A stretch of DNA of 64,000 nucleotides from an uncultured Acidimicrobiaceae bacterium (GTDB lineage Bacteria > Actinomycetota > Acidimicrobiia > Acidimicrobiales > Bog-793): assembly GCA_963803025.1 (NCBI GenBank), contig CAWDKZ010000011.1, forward strand, positions 16,225-80,224. The letters run 5' to 3'. The notes beneath the pieces were generated by a model that saw nothing but the letters and a program-made list of their open reading frames with translations, had not been told where the DNA came from and made no database searches. Every line of letters begins with the position of its first letter. The stretch's first letter is position 1. Of this stretch, positions 45,853 to 55,735 are shown one piece after another. A program made the position numbers and the translations under genes.

Positions 45853-46761
45853 ATGAGCGACGGCACGTCACAGTCCACCGGCGGGCCCGTGGGGCATCAA
45901 GGAGCGCGAGTCGACATCGTCCAGCGCCGGGCCGTCGCCACCAGCGGCTGGCTAGGCCTTGTCGTTCTCGGGGGGGCCATCTACGGGCAGGTGGTGGCCC
46001 ATGGGGATGGCACGGCGTGGTTCTGGCTGCCGTTCGCCCTCTCGATCCTGGTCCTCACCGGCCTGGACGTCATAACTCCGGGCCAGATGCTGGTGGTTGA
46101 GTTCTTTGGCCGTTACATCGGCACCGTGACCGGGCCGGGGTTCTGGTGGGTGGCACCGTTCCACCATCATCGCCGGCGGATCAGCGTCCGGGTGCGCAAC
46201 TTCGAGACTGCCCATTTGAAGGTCAACGACGCCGACGGGAACCCGGTGGAGATGGCCGCCATCGTTGTCTGGCAGGTAGTGGACACGGCCAAGGCCACCT
46301 ATGCCGTCGAGAACTACCAGAACTTCGTCACCGTCCAGTCCGAGTCGGCTGTTCGGCACGTGGCCACCGGTCATCCCTACGACGACACCACCGGGGTGGG
46401 CACCTCTCTGCGGGGCTCCACCGACGTGGTGGCGGCCCAGCTGGCTCGGGAGGTGGCCGAGCGGGTGGCCGTCGCCGGGGTCGAGATCGTCGAGGTGCGC
46501 ATCTCCCATCTGGCCTACGCTCCCGAGATCGCCCAGGCCATGCTGCGCCGCCAGCAGGCCAACGCGGTGGTGGCGGCCCGCTCTCGCATCGTCGAGGGCG
46601 CCGTGGGGATGGTGGAGATGGCCCTGAAGCGCCTCTCGGAAACGGGCGTGGTCTCCCTCGACGAGGAACGAACCGCAGCCATGGTGAGCAACCTCATGGT
46701 CGTGCTCTGCGGTGACCAGCCGCCCTCGCCTGTGGTCAACGCTGGCTCTCTGTATACGTGA
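45853..46761 (+). CDS. SPFH/band-7 (stomatin/prohibitin-like) domain protein
   Basis: An N-terminal TM pair is followed by the SPFH core QMLVVEFFGRYIGTV...FETAHLKVNDADGNPVEMAAIVVWQVVD and the Ala-rich coiled segment AQAMLRRQQANAVVAAR. Confidence 0.85.
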   Translation: MSDGTSQSTGGPVGHQGARVDIVQRRAVATSGWLGLVVLGGAIYGQVVAHGDGTAWFWLPFALSILVLTGLDVITPGQMLVVEFFGRYIGTVTGPGFWWVAPFHHHRRRISVRVRNFETAHLKVNDADGNPVEMAAIVVWQVVDTAKATYAVENYQNFVTVQSESAVRHVATGHPYDDTTGVGTSLRGSTDVVAAQLAREVAERVAVAGVEIVEVRISHLAYAPEIAQAMLRRQQANAVVAARSRIVEGAVGMVEMALKRLSETGVVSLDEERTAAMVSNLMVVLCGDQPPSPVVNAGSLYT

Positions 46762-46961
46762 CCGAGCGGCGGTCGGTCCTGCTGCGCATCGACCCAGCGG
46801 TCCACGTTGCGCTGACCCGTTGGGCCAACGACGAGTTCCGCAGCGTCAATGCCCAGATCGAGTTCGTCCTGCGGCGGGCGCTCGCCGAGGCGGGCCGGAT
46901 GCCAAAGAGGGCGGGACCATTGCCCCGGCGGGGCCGCCCGCCGTCGGTCGAAACGGGATGA
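46758..46961 (+). CDS. Arc/MetJ-type ribbon-helix-helix protein
   Basis: LLRIDPAVHVALTRWANDEFRSVNAQIEFVLRRAL fits the RHH beta-alpha-alpha pattern of Arc-like repressors. The start overlaps the SPFH stop (GTGA at 46758-46761). Confidence 0.55.
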   Translation: MTERRSVLLRIDPAVHVALTRWANDEFRSVNAQIEFVLRRALAEAGRMPKRAGPLPRRGRPPSVETG

Positions 46962-47280
46962 CCTCCCGGTAGGGCGACCCCGATGAGATCGAAGGACATC
47001 TGAGACTTGCGGCGAGGACCGATTCGATTCAGGCCACCGAGGCGCGGGCAGGGGGACGAGTAGCCGGTGCCCGGTTCATCGGGCGACGGTGATGAGGCTG
47101 TCCCCCGAATGTTCAGCGCCACCGCCACCCCCTGATGCGCCCCAAGGTGCCGATGAGCGATGCGCAGAACAGGCACGCAGAACAGGCGACGACGAGGTCA
47201 GCTGCCGCGCCCGATCGACGGTTTAGCGCTCGATGAGTGAAGACGGTCTATATCGCGCGACCCATCGCTCGTCCGCCGGT

Positions 47281-47979
47281 TCAGCGGCGTCGAATCCGCA
47301 GGACGATGTCGGCGATGTGCGGGTTGTCTGGCGGCGGGTCGATCCGCGGCTCGACCGCGTGCAGCTCGACCGTGAAGTCATCGCCGAGCAGCTGGACGAG
47401 GTCGTCCGCACCGACGTAGTCCGCCGGGTCGAAGCCCCGCGACTTCATATGCTCGCGGTGCTCGTCGTCGAGGTCGTGGAAGACGGCGAGCAGCAAGCCC
47501 CCGGGGCACACCGTGTCGAGCAACCTCCGCGCGGCGGCTTCGCCAGCGGCCTTGGGCAGCGCCGGGTACTGCATCGAAACGAGGTCGAACGAGCCAGGCG
47601 GGAACGATGACTGAAGGGTGTCCCCGCAGACCCACTCGACCGCGGCGCCGACCAATTCTGCGGCCTCGCGCGCCCGGCTCAACGCGACTTCGGAGATATC
47701 GATGGCGGTGACCGTCCAACCACTCCGGGCGAGCCAGATCGCGTCGGCGCCTTCGCCACAACCGACGTCGAGTGCCCGGCCCGGGGCGAGGTCGGCGACC
47801 TCGGCGAGGAGCCGCCCATTCGGTCGCCCGCTCCACATCGCGCCTTCGCGCTCGCTGTACCTCTCGTCCCATTCGGCTGCCTGCGCCGTCGCGCCGAACC
47901 GCTTCTCGCCGTGCTCGTCCTCACGCATGTTCCGCAGGGTAGGCCGATATTCACCGCCAGCCAGAACCCAGCGGTCCAA
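47281..47979 (-). CDS. Class I SAM-dependent methyltransferase (small-molecule type)
   Basis: Motif I is ALDVGCGEGADAIWLARSGWTVTAIDIS, followed by a post-I acidic residue and FDLVSMQY. Confidence 0.75.
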   Translation of the reverse strand: MDRWVLAGGEYRPTLRNMREDEHGEKRFGATAQAAEWDERYSEREGAMWSGRPNGRLLAEVADLAPGRALDVGCGEGADAIWLARSGWTVTAIDISEVALSRAREAAELVGAAVEWVCGDTLQSSFPPGSFDLVSMQYPALPKAAGEAAARRLLDTVCPGGLLLAVFHDLDDEHREHMKSRGFDPADYVGADDLVQLLGDDFTVELHAVEPRIDPPPDNPHIADIVLRIRRR

Positions 47980-48293
47980 GCCGGGTTCTGGCGCATCGGT
48001 GGTGCCGGTGGCTGGACTACCGCGCCGCTCCGGCGATGAACGCCGAGACGACGTATGTGACGTGCCGGTCGAGAAAGACCCGTGCCCGGTCGCGTGCTGG
48101 TCAGGCGCGAGATAACGACGGCTCCGCGTGTTGTTCGCCGGGTGATCAGCCGCACCGAACGCACATCCCGTAACGTTCAGCGCGGCCGTCGACTTCGGTA
48201 GCCCAAAGCACCGGGGAGGCGACGCGCGAACGTTGCCGACTGGCGCTTCGGGGCGACGATCCAGCAGTTGGTGCTGGTGGCAGAATCCGAGCA

Positions 48294-49442
48294 GTGAAGA
48301 GGTCGCCGCCGTTTGCTGTGTTTCTTGCTTTCCTGCTGTCGCTGGGTGGAATGACCCTGGGCACGTCGCCTGCCGCTACCCGCTCCCACTCCGCTCAGTG
48401 GCCCGAGAAGTTGATCGCCCGGGCCGATTTCTACTTTGGCGTGGTCCAGCAACCAGGAAGTGACGTGGCGTACGGTCTGGTGTCGGCCTCGTCAACGGCG
48501 GCGTGGGGTCACCTCGTGAGAGTCAATCTCTCGACTGGGAAGACGACGAATGGCCCGTTCGTCTTTACCGACGCAGAACTTGCGACAGTCGGAAACGCCG
48601 TCGCGGTGCTCGAGCCGAGGTCCGTCTCGGTCGCGTCGGATGGGCAACTCGCCCCTTCGACGGTGGAAGGGCTCGAAGAGCTGTACCTGATATCTCCGGG
48701 TGCGGCGCAGTTCGGCCGTGGCGTTCTCCTACGCGCGCTCGGGCACGCACAGATGTTCCGAGTGGCGCCGAACAACCCGACGAGTGCCGGAGGCGTGTGG
48801 CTGGCGATCGGTCAGACTCCGGTGCTCTTCAGCGCCACGACGGGGAAGATCCTCCGTCGGCTGCAGCCACTTCCAGCTCCGATCACGAGCATGGTTGTCG
48901 CGCCAAATGCCCGTCTCCTCTACGCCGAAATCGTCTCGAACGGCAGGCCAGTCGTTCTCAACACCGTCGACGAAATTGACGCCACGAGTGGCCGGGTCCT
49001 CGTCAGCCACTCGCTCGGATACGCCGCGGGCGCCGACGTTGAAGCATCAAGTAACTCGGGAGTTTGGGTTGGGATCGGCTACGGCATGGGCGGAACCATG
49101 GAGCACCTGAGCGCGTCGGAACTCAGACCGACGCCATTGGGCGGTCCTCGCGGCGAGTCGCTCGGTGGCTCAAACGATGAGTCAGTGACCCTGCTCGGCG
49201 GCACGGCCTGGCTGTACTCGACGGCGGGGATTGTTTGCACCGATCCTTCAGGACGGGTGGAGCACGCGGGCGAATGGTTCGCCGGCGTGGTATCCGGTTC
49301 TCGTGTCAACCTCGGCGGTGCGACGAACCCGTTCGTACCTCTCGCCGTGTCCCACAAGGTGCTCTATGGCGTGCGCCAGGTCGGACGGGGTACGGCACCA
49401 TTCGGCATCGTCCGGGTCACGGTGCCGTCGAGCTGCTGGTAG
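48294..49442 (+). CDS. Secreted hypothetical protein, possibly a divergent beta-propeller
   Basis: The signal peptide is MKRSPPFAVFLAFLLSLGGMTLGTSPA. Degenerate recurring segments (GVWLAIGQTPVLFSATTGKILRRL, VDEIDATSGRVLVSH, GVWVGIGYG...HLSASEL) loosely echo the VW..N....V.ELSASTGALVR blade motif of the 5624-7186 gene. Confidence 0.5.
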   Translation: MKRSPPFAVFLAFLLSLGGMTLGTSPAATRSHSAQWPEKLIARADFYFGVVQQPGSDVAYGLVSASSTAAWGHLVRVNLSTGKTTNGPFVFTDAELATVGNAVAVLEPRSVSVASDGQLAPSTVEGLEELYLISPGAAQFGRGVLLRALGHAQMFRVAPNNPTSAGGVWLAIGQTPVLFSATTGKILRRLQPLPAPITSMVVAPNARLLYAEIVSNGRPVVLNTVDEIDATSGRVLVSHSLGYAAGADVEASSNSGVWVGIGYGMGGTMEHLSASELRPTPLGGPRGESLGGSNDESVTLLGGTAWLYSTAGIVCTDPSGRVEHAGEWFAGVVSGSRVNLGGATNPFVPLAVSHKVLYGVRQVGRGTAPFGIVRVTVPSSCW

Positions 49443-50484
49443 GCGATCTGCGAACCCGTTTCGTGTCGTGCACTCCTCCCGTTCGGCGGTTGGTTTCGCG
49501 TGGGGCACGGGGACACTGACTTCTCGTGTCTTCACCCCGGGCAAAGGACGCCTCTGCATCAGCCATACTGTCGGAGCCGTGCTCGCGGCATGGTGACCCG
49601 GGGCTCTGGCCCTCCACCTGTCTTCCCTTGCGCGAGCAGTGGGGATCGAACGGACCTCACTGTCCCCGGTTAATAGCTGAGGGGTGGAGAAGACAAACCT
49701 TGAGTCTTCGTGCGGAACGGTGAAGAAGTCGATCCCTGAGACGGAGCGAGTTCTCGGTTCGACGTTGCCGATGTCCGCACGAACGTACGACGCGTGGTGG
49801 CTCGATAGGAGCGCCGGGACTGCCCACTCACGTCGCAAGGCTTGGCTTGACGCTGGTCGCCCGATCGAGTGGGTGGATCGCAACGCCGGCATCGTGGCTT
49901 TCACCGGTGTGCAGACGAGACCGCGATCTGACTCCGCCGCCTGACGCCGGTCCGGCGGGACACGCCACCGGATCGGACGAAGCGATTCCATCACGGACCC
50001 CTTCGCTCGTCAGTTCACTGCGCTCGATGACCGAACTGTCCACAGGCTTGCGTCGCCAGCGACCGGTAGAGAAAAAGCGCGTCGGCTCTTCGACACGCGA
50101 GAACCCCACGCGCGCAGGAGCGCGAACGATCTTGCCGTCCCCGGTGCGGCGGGACCTCGATTGAACCCCGGCCGCGTCACGGACCGTGTGGCGGTCGGCG
50201 GCATCCGTGTTCGCAGGCAATGGAGCGAGGTCGCCGAGAACGCCTTCGCGGCAGGCATCGACGCCGTGACCGACTCCTCGCGCTCGGGCCGCGCGGCCGA
50301 CGGTTGAGCGCTTCGGTCGAAGCGCGCACCGATCGTGGAGAGACCGGTGTGCTCAGCGCAACGGTGAGGACGTCGTGCCGGCCGGCCAGGTGGACGCGAC
50401 ATCGAACGAGCGCCGCGTGGAGCAGGAGGGCCTACCGCCGATCGCGAGGTTTCGACCCGCGGCGGTTCGCTCGGTGGGAGCGGG

Positions 50485-50970
50485 CTAGAAGGTCGGCAGT
50501 CTCCTCGCCAAGAGTTCGAGCTTCGCAATCGGGACCGCGGCGAACATTTGAACCTGGTAGGTGCCGTCGAGGACGTACAGGTAGTAGTTGGGCGCGAGGC
50601 GGTAGTAGTAGGCACCGCTGCGCAGGCCAGGGACGGTGACGACCGTGTGCTGCTTGCTCACCCCCGCCTTGATGCCGGCGAACTGTGCGGGTCTGGCGGG
50701 AAGGAAGATGATCGACGCCTGGTTCTTGTACCCACCAACCGCGCCGTAGTACGAGCAGATGAACGATCCCGCGATGGAACCCGCGTGGCGGTTCACCGCG
50801 ACCGAGGCGATACCGAGCGTGTTGTCGAGGGCGCGAATGGCGATCGTCGAGCAGCTGGGAGCGGGTGCAGCGGCGCCAGCTTCCGGGATTACGAGAGCGG
50901 CCACCGCGGCCACGCTGAGCACGAGGCCACTCGCACATACTCGTGTCACAGCCCGGTTCCATGACCTCAT
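50485..50970 (-). CDS. Small secreted hypothetical protein
   Basis: The signal-like N-terminus is VCASGLVLSVAAVAALVIPEAGAA. The composition is non-repetitive and Tyr-rich, with locally lower G+C. No family was recognised. Confidence 0.45.
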   Translation of the reverse strand: MRSWNRAVTRVCASGLVLSVAAVAALVIPEAGAAAPAPSCSTIAIRALDNTLGIASVAVNRHAGSIAGSFICSYYGAVGGYKNQASIIFLPARPAQFAGIKAGVSKQHTVVTVPGLRSGAYYYRLAPNYYLYVLDGTYQVQMFAAVPIAKLELLARRLPTF

Positions 50971-51137
50971 GGCTCACGCGCTCCTTCCGAATATGAGGAC
51001 GCCAAGGCTCGTCGATCGCCAGCGCGAGAAAAGCTAGTCGCGGCGCGCTCGCGAACCGAACCGAAGAACGTGCCCGGTCCCGTTGGACACCGAAGGGATG
51101 AGGGCCAGCCTCGTCCCTCTTGAGCATCTCGCCCGCT

Positions 51138-51803
51138 CTAAGCGGCGCCCCCTCGGATCACGGCCATCTCCGCGGCGAATGCGTCGGAGCCGCCGCCGAA
51201 CCACATCTCAGAGATGGGCGGGGGCAGGTGGGTGCGCATCTCCTCAAGTAGGTCAGCGGGCATCGCTTCGATCGCAAGTCCGAAGGGAAGCCACAGTCGC
51301 GTACCGGAGTACTGCGAGAGCGCGTGCGCCGGGAGCGCCCCCCACTCAGGCGGCGAAATGACTCGCGCCGCGATCGGCAGCACCTCCTCCTCTTCTTGGA
51401 GGAGATGTGGCGAGAGCGTCTCGAGGAGCGACCCGCACGCAGCGGCGAGCGCTCGGCCGTCGGCAACCGACCCCGATGCCTCGAAGCGCTTTGCGGCGTG
51501 CCGGGCCGCTTCGAGGCTCGACGCCACGGCGACATGTTGGGCATCCATTCGTGAAAGCAGCTCTTGGTGCTCAGGTGCTCGCTCGGCAAGGAGCGGGTAC
51601 AAGAGTTCGTCCTCGCTGGCGTGATGGACGTGCAGGAGCCAGAGAAGCTCGCCGAGGTAGTCCGCAAGGCGCAGAGCACGTTCGGTGTCTCCGTCGCGCA
51701 CCGACGCAAGTTGACCCGGTGCGTCACCGAGTCCACGCCTGAACCCGTCGTGGACGGAGTACATGTCGCGGACGTCGGTCAGATTCGTGATGTCAGCAGT
51801 CAT
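51138..51803 (-). CDS. Hemerythrin (HHE cation-binding) domain protein
   Basis: Two His/Glu clusters are typical of HHE domains: LLHVHHASEDELLYPLL and LSPHLLQEEEEVLP. Confidence 0.7.
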   Translation of the reverse strand: MTADITNLTDVRDMYSVHDGFRRGLGDAPGQLASVRDGDTERALRLADYLGELLWLLHVHHASEDELLYPLLAERAPEHQELLSRMDAQHVAVASSLEAARHAAKRFEASGSVADGRALAAACGSLLETLSPHLLQEEEEVLPIAARVISPPEWGALPAHALSQYSGTRLWLPFGLAIEAMPADLLEEMRTHLPPPISEMWFGGGSDAFAAEMAVIRGGAA

Positions 51804-51989
51804 CGGGTCCCCCCTCCCGAGAGCACAACAACTTCCGTGGCGACGATAACGGCGTCGCGCGCAATCGATGCAGTCGACGGCCTTCGGCGCGAAGGAGTCC
51901 GTGTTCCAATCGAGTTACAGGCTGGCATCCCCGATCGCCGGGGCGGGGCATCGCGCGATCGCCACCGACCGTCACCTGAGGGAAACCTG

Positions 51990-52431
51990 GTTCGCTCGTT
52001 CGGGCCCAAGCGCGGAGATACCGGTCAAGATTCCGAACGCCTCACAGGGGCAGACGACCGGTCGTTTGAGTGGTCGGGTCAAACCGCCGGATCCACCACT
52101 TCCGGACGATTTCGGCATCGTGGCTGCCGCGCTGTACGTCAAGCTCCAACCGACCCCGTCTCCGCTAGCGCTGCCTGCGGCTGCCGCGACCACACCGGTC
52201 GGCCCCCTCGACGGCACGCGGGACGTCGTCGCTGGATTGGTGGCGGGTTTCCGCGTCCAGGAGAACTTCCTCGGTCTGAGCAATGACGTCGTCGGCCGGA
52301 CGAACGCCGTCTCCGGCGTCTCCCGTCGCGTTCTCCGACTGGGGCATCAAGGGACCAGCTGGCTTCGGCTTCATCGTCTCGCTCGCCAACCACGGGTGGC
52401 AGAGTTCTTCGTTGTCCTGCACCGGCGGTGA
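51990..52431 (+). pseudogene. Remnant of a YceI-like protein (internal deletion plus frame changes)
   Basis: PLDGTRDVVAGLVAGFRVQENFLGLSNDVVGRTNAVSGV resembles the N-terminal strand motif of actinobacterial YceI-like proteins. It is followed almost directly, in another frame, by PVAFSDWGIKGPAGFGFIVSLANHG, and then back in the first frame by VAEFFVVLH, which is C-terminal-like. The middle of the family is missing. This identification is from memory only. Confidence 0.3.
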
Positions 52432-52550
52432 CGATGCCGATCGGAGCGACCGGGTAGAGCCTGCATGCTCTGATCGGCGGCGCCACCACTGCCAGCCGGG
52501 CAGAGAACGCCGGACGCCATATCGACGACTCAGCGTGCCGGGTGTTCACC

Positions 52551-53354
52551 TCACCGGCCCTCGTCCGGCCCGCGCCGGCGCGGGGGACGGCGACGCGGCA
52601 GGACGACGATCCCCCCGAGGCCGTCCTCGATGACGCGCAACTCGGCGCCGTAGTGGCGGGCGAGGGTGCGCGCCGTGAGGACCTCGCGGGCCGTGCCGAC
52701 GGCGATGATCCGCCCGCCGGCGAGGAGCGCGAGGCGGTCGGCGAACTCGCCGGCGAGGGTGAGATCGTGCATCGCGCTCACCACCGTGAGCTGGCGCTCG
52801 TCGCGCAGCGCGTCGACGAGCTCGAGGACGTGCTGGCCGTGGCCGACGTCGAGCGCCGCGGTCGGCTCGTCGAGGAGGAGCAACGGGGCCTGCTGGGCGA
52901 GCGCGCGCCCGAGCACGGCGCGCTGGGCCTCGCCGCCGGAGAGCGAGCCGAGCTGGCGGCCGGCGAGCGCCGCGAGGTCGAGCCGCTCAAGGACCTCGGC
53001 GGCGACGGCCCGGTCGTGGCGGCTCTCCGTGCCGAAGAAGGCGATGTACGGGGTCCGGCCGAGGGCCACGTACTCGGCGACGGACATCGCCGCCGGCAGG
53101 ACCGGGCGTTGGGGGACGTAGGCGACGAGCCGGGCGAGATGGCGCCGCCTGGCGGCGTCGAGCGGCTCGTCACCGAGTCGAACCTCGCCGGCAAATCCGA
53201 CGAGCCCGCAGAGCGCGCGCAGCAGCGTCGTCTTTCCACTCCCGTTCGGCCCGATGAGGCAGAGCCAGCCGCCCGACGGGACGGCGAAGGAGATCCCCGA
53301 CACGACCTCCCGGCCGTCGTAGGCGACGCGGAGGTCCGCGACGGTGACCCTCAC
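52551..53354 (-). CDS. ABC ATP-binding protein of a FecCD/BtuCD-type importer
   Basis: It has Walker A GPNGSGKTT, signature LSGGEAQR and Walker B LLLLDEPTAALD. The GTG start overlaps the permease stop (53351-53354). Only the last 267 codons of the 652-aa track ORF are credible. Confidence 0.85.
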   Translation of the reverse strand: MRVTVADLRVAYDGREVVSGISFAVPSGGWLCLIGPNGSGKTTLLRALCGLVGFAGEVRLGDEPLDAARRRHLARLVAYVPQRPVLPAAMSVAEYVALGRTPYIAFFGTESRHDRAVAAEVLERLDLAALAGRQLGSLSGGEAQRAVLGRALAQQAPLLLLDEPTAALDVGHGQHVLELVDALRDERQLTVVSAMHDLTLAGEFADRLALLAGGRIIAVGTAREVLTARTLARHYGAELRVIEDGLGGIVVLPRRRPPRRRGPDEGR

Positions 53355-54442
53355 GGCGCCCGCCGCGACTGGCGCAGGACGACGAGGAAGAACGGCGCCC
53401 CGACGAACGCCGTGACGACGCCGAGCGGCACCTCGGCGGGCGGGAGCACCGACCGGGCGACGAGGTCGGCGAGGATGAGGAACGCCGCGCCGACGAGGAT
53501 CGACAGCGGCAGGATCCGCCGGTAGCTCGGGCCGACGACGAGGCGGACCGTGTGCGGGACGATGATGCCGACGAAGCCGACGAGCCCGCTCACCGCGACG
53601 ACGGCCGCCGTGGCGAGCGTCGAGGCGATGACGATGAGGAGCCGCACGCGGCCGGCTTTCACGCCGAGGCTGTCCGCCTCCTCGTCGCCGACCGCCATCA
53701 CGTCGAGGAGGCGTCGCGAGGCGACGAGCACGGCGCCGCAGACGGCGACGTAGGGGGCGACGAGCTCGACCTCCCGCCAGTCGGCGGTCGACAGGCCCCC
53801 CAAGATCCACGAGTAGACCTGCATGAGCGTCGGGGTGTTGCGCTGCTGGGTGTAGGTCTGGATCGCGGTGAAGAACGACCCGACGGCGACGCCGGCGAGG
53901 ATGAGGCTCGTCGTCGTGCGCTGGCGCTGGCCGGATCGGCCGAGCACGTAGGTGAGGGCGACGGCGACGAGCGCGCCGACGAACGCCGCGAGCGGCACGG
54001 GGTCGATTGCCCACGCCGCCGGGTCGGCGACGGCGGCGACGGCGAGCGTCGCTCCGAGCCCGGCCCCGGCCGCCACGCCCAACAGGTACGGGTCGGCGAG
54101 GGGGTTCTGGAACACACCCTGGTAGGAGGCCCCCGCCATCGCCAGCGTCGCGCCGACGATTCCCCCGAGCACGACCCGGGGGGCGCGGATCTGCCAGACG
54201 ATCCCGGCGTCGAGCGCCGAGGCGTGGCTGTGGAAGCCGAGGGGCAGCTTCGACACGAGCACGCCGAGGACCGTGTCCGGCGACAGGTCCGCCGGTCCGA
54301 TGAGCACCGCGAGGAGCGCCGCGCCGACGAGCACGAGGCAGGCGCCGGCGAAGAGCCAGGCGCCGCGGCGCGTGCGGGCGAGCTCGCCCGCCGGCGCGTC
54401 GCGTCGGCCGGTCAGCCGTGGCGGTGCCGTTTGATCCGCCAC
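53351..54442 (-). CDS. FecCD-family (BtuC-like) ABC permease
   Basis: The protein is polytopic. ILGGIVGATLAMAGASYQGVFQNPLADPYLLGV and GIIVPHTVRLVVG are hallmark FecCD motifs. Confidence 0.85.
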   Translation of the reverse strand: MADQTAPPRLTGRRDAPAGELARTRRGAWLFAGACLVLVGAALLAVLIGPADLSPDTVLGVLVSKLPLGFHSHASALDAGIVWQIRAPRVVLGGIVGATLAMAGASYQGVFQNPLADPYLLGVAAGAGLGATLAVAAVADPAAWAIDPVPLAAFVGALVAVALTYVLGRSGQRQRTTTSLILAGVAVGSFFTAIQTYTQQRNTPTLMQVYSWILGGLSTADWREVELVAPYVAVCGAVLVASRRLLDVMAVGDEEADSLGVKAGRVRLLIVIASTLATAAVVAVSGLVGFVGIIVPHTVRLVVGPSYRRILPLSILVGAAFLILADLVARSVLPPAEVPLGVVTAFVGAPFFLVVLRQSRRAP

Positions 54443-55431
54443 AGCGCGACCTCGATGTCCCGGGCGAGGATGACGACGCGGGGGCCCCAGCGCGAGGCGA
54501 TGTCGTCATTGAGGCCCACGACGTCGCCGTCGCGGACCGCCGTTACGGCGCCCCACCCTGGGCGGGCGGCGACGGTGCGCGCCGACTGGTGGCAGCAGAT
54601 CGTGTCGTCGAGGAAGATGATCTGCGGGTCGGCCCTCACGATGTACTCGTCCGAGAGCTGCGGGTAGCCGCTCGACGAGCCCTGCGCGGTGTCCGCGATG
54701 TCCCGGAGCCCGAACATCGACAGCAGCCGGCCGACGAAGGTCGACGACGTGACCGAGTAGAAGTCGGGTTCGAGCTCGTAGTAGTAGGTCGGCGGGGATG
54801 CGAACCGCGGCGCCCCGGCGACGGCGGTGGCGATCTCGGCGCGCATCCGCCGCACGAGGGTCGCCGCCGTTCTCTCGTGGCCGGTCACCCTGCCGAGCGA
54901 CTCGATCTGGGCGTAGGTCCCGGCGAGGTTCGTTGCCGCCGGCTCGAGGAGCACGCGCACGCCGAGCGCACTGAGCGACTTCGCGAATCCCTCGGGGTCG
55001 TAGGGGACGACGACGAGGTCGGGGTTGTAACGCGCGATCGCCTCGATGTTCGGATCAAGCCCCGAGAGCTTGGTGCGCGGCGCCGCCGGCGGGTAGTCGG
55101 AATCCTCGTCGACGGCGACGACCTGGCGGCCGGCACCGATCGCGAAGAGCATCTCCGTCGCCGTCGGCGAGAGCGAGATGATGCGGTCGGGCGGTCTCGC
55201 GCCTCTGGCTCGCCCCGTTGACACGGCGACTGCTCGCGGCGCGGCGACCACAGCGCGCGCCGCGAGGCCTCGTTGGGCCGCGGCGGCCGGCGTCCCGGTG
55301 ACAGAGAGCGAAGACGCGAGCGCGGCGGCCGCCGCGACGGCGACGAGTCGATGCCGGGCGGCTCCGGCGATCCGTCGGCGTGGCGCGGAACCTGGCCGGC
55401 GGCTGGTGGCGATGCGGTCGTACCGGGTCAT
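54412..55431 (-). CDS. Periplasmic binding protein (type III PBP, BtuF/heme/siderophore class)
   Basis: A signal or Tat-like N-terminus is followed by RIISLSPTATEMLFAIGAGRQVVAV, typical of Peripla_BP_2. A GGAGGAG RBS precedes the start. It is the first gene after the cobalamin riboswitch. Confidence 0.8.
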   Translation of the reverse strand: MTRYDRIATSRRPGSAPRRRIAGAARHRLVAVAAAAALASSLSVTGTPAAAAQRGLAARAVVAAPRAVAVSTGRARGARPPDRIISLSPTATEMLFAIGAGRQVVAVDEDSDYPPAAPRTKLSGLDPNIEAIARYNPDLVVVPYDPEGFAKSLSALGVRVLLEPAATNLAGTYAQIESLGRVTGHERTAATLVRRMRAEIATAVAGAPRFASPPTYYYELEPDFYSVTSSTFVGRLLSMFGLRDIADTAQGSSSGYPQLSDEYIVRADPQIIFLDDTICCHQSARTVAARPGWGAVTAVRDGDVVGLNDDIASRWGPRVVILARDIEVALWRIKRHRHG

Positions 55432-55564
55432 ATCCCACTCCTCCTGGCCGAACGCGCGGCCGATCGGTCGGCCTCACCAGCCTGGAGCGGGACCACCCCC
55501 GGAGGTTCCGAGGGCGCTGCACCCCGTGGCCGCTGACCCTGACGCGAGGCTCGACATGTCCTCC

Positions 55565-55735
55565 CGGGGCAGGTCTCCTGACTCCCGGATCAACGCTTCC
55601 CCGTGCCTTCCCAGGACCGGCGTCCCAGTGGCGTCGCTCGGGTTCGCTCCCCGGTCACAGTGGCGCGACCGTGCCGGACTCCCACCGGCTTCCCTTTTCA
55701 GCCCCCGGCTCAACGTCGCCGGCGGCCACCTCGGG
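55565..55735 (-). promoter_or_regulatory. Cobalamin (B12) riboswitch
   Basis: The minus-strand sequence reads ...GAAAAGGGAAGCCGGTGGGAGTCCGGCACGGTCGCGCCACTGTGACCGGGGAGC...GACGCCACTGGGA...GGGAGTCAGGAGACCTGCC. It contains the GGGAA/GGTG core, the GCCACTG element and a B12 box (AGTCAGGAGACCTGCC, + coordinates 55568-55583). It lies about 135 nt upstream of the binding-protein ATG. Confidence 0.85.

Noticed and set aside
47163-47187. The tandem duplication CGCAGAACAGGC-a-CGCAGAACAGGC as a regulatory iteron.
   Set aside because: It is a single duplication in a convergent intergenic region with no associated gene start. A slippage footprint is the most likely explanation. It is mentioned only within the accessory-patch finding.
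49248-49994. A 248-aa minus ORF, plus ORFs 49828-50220 and 50010-50615, in the gene-poor 49.4-50.5 kb stretch.
   Set aside because: They have Arg/Ser/Pro/Thr-rich composition and no motifs. They overlap each other in different frames and overlap the 3' end of the secreted-protein gene. They are more likely non-coding or decayed sequence.
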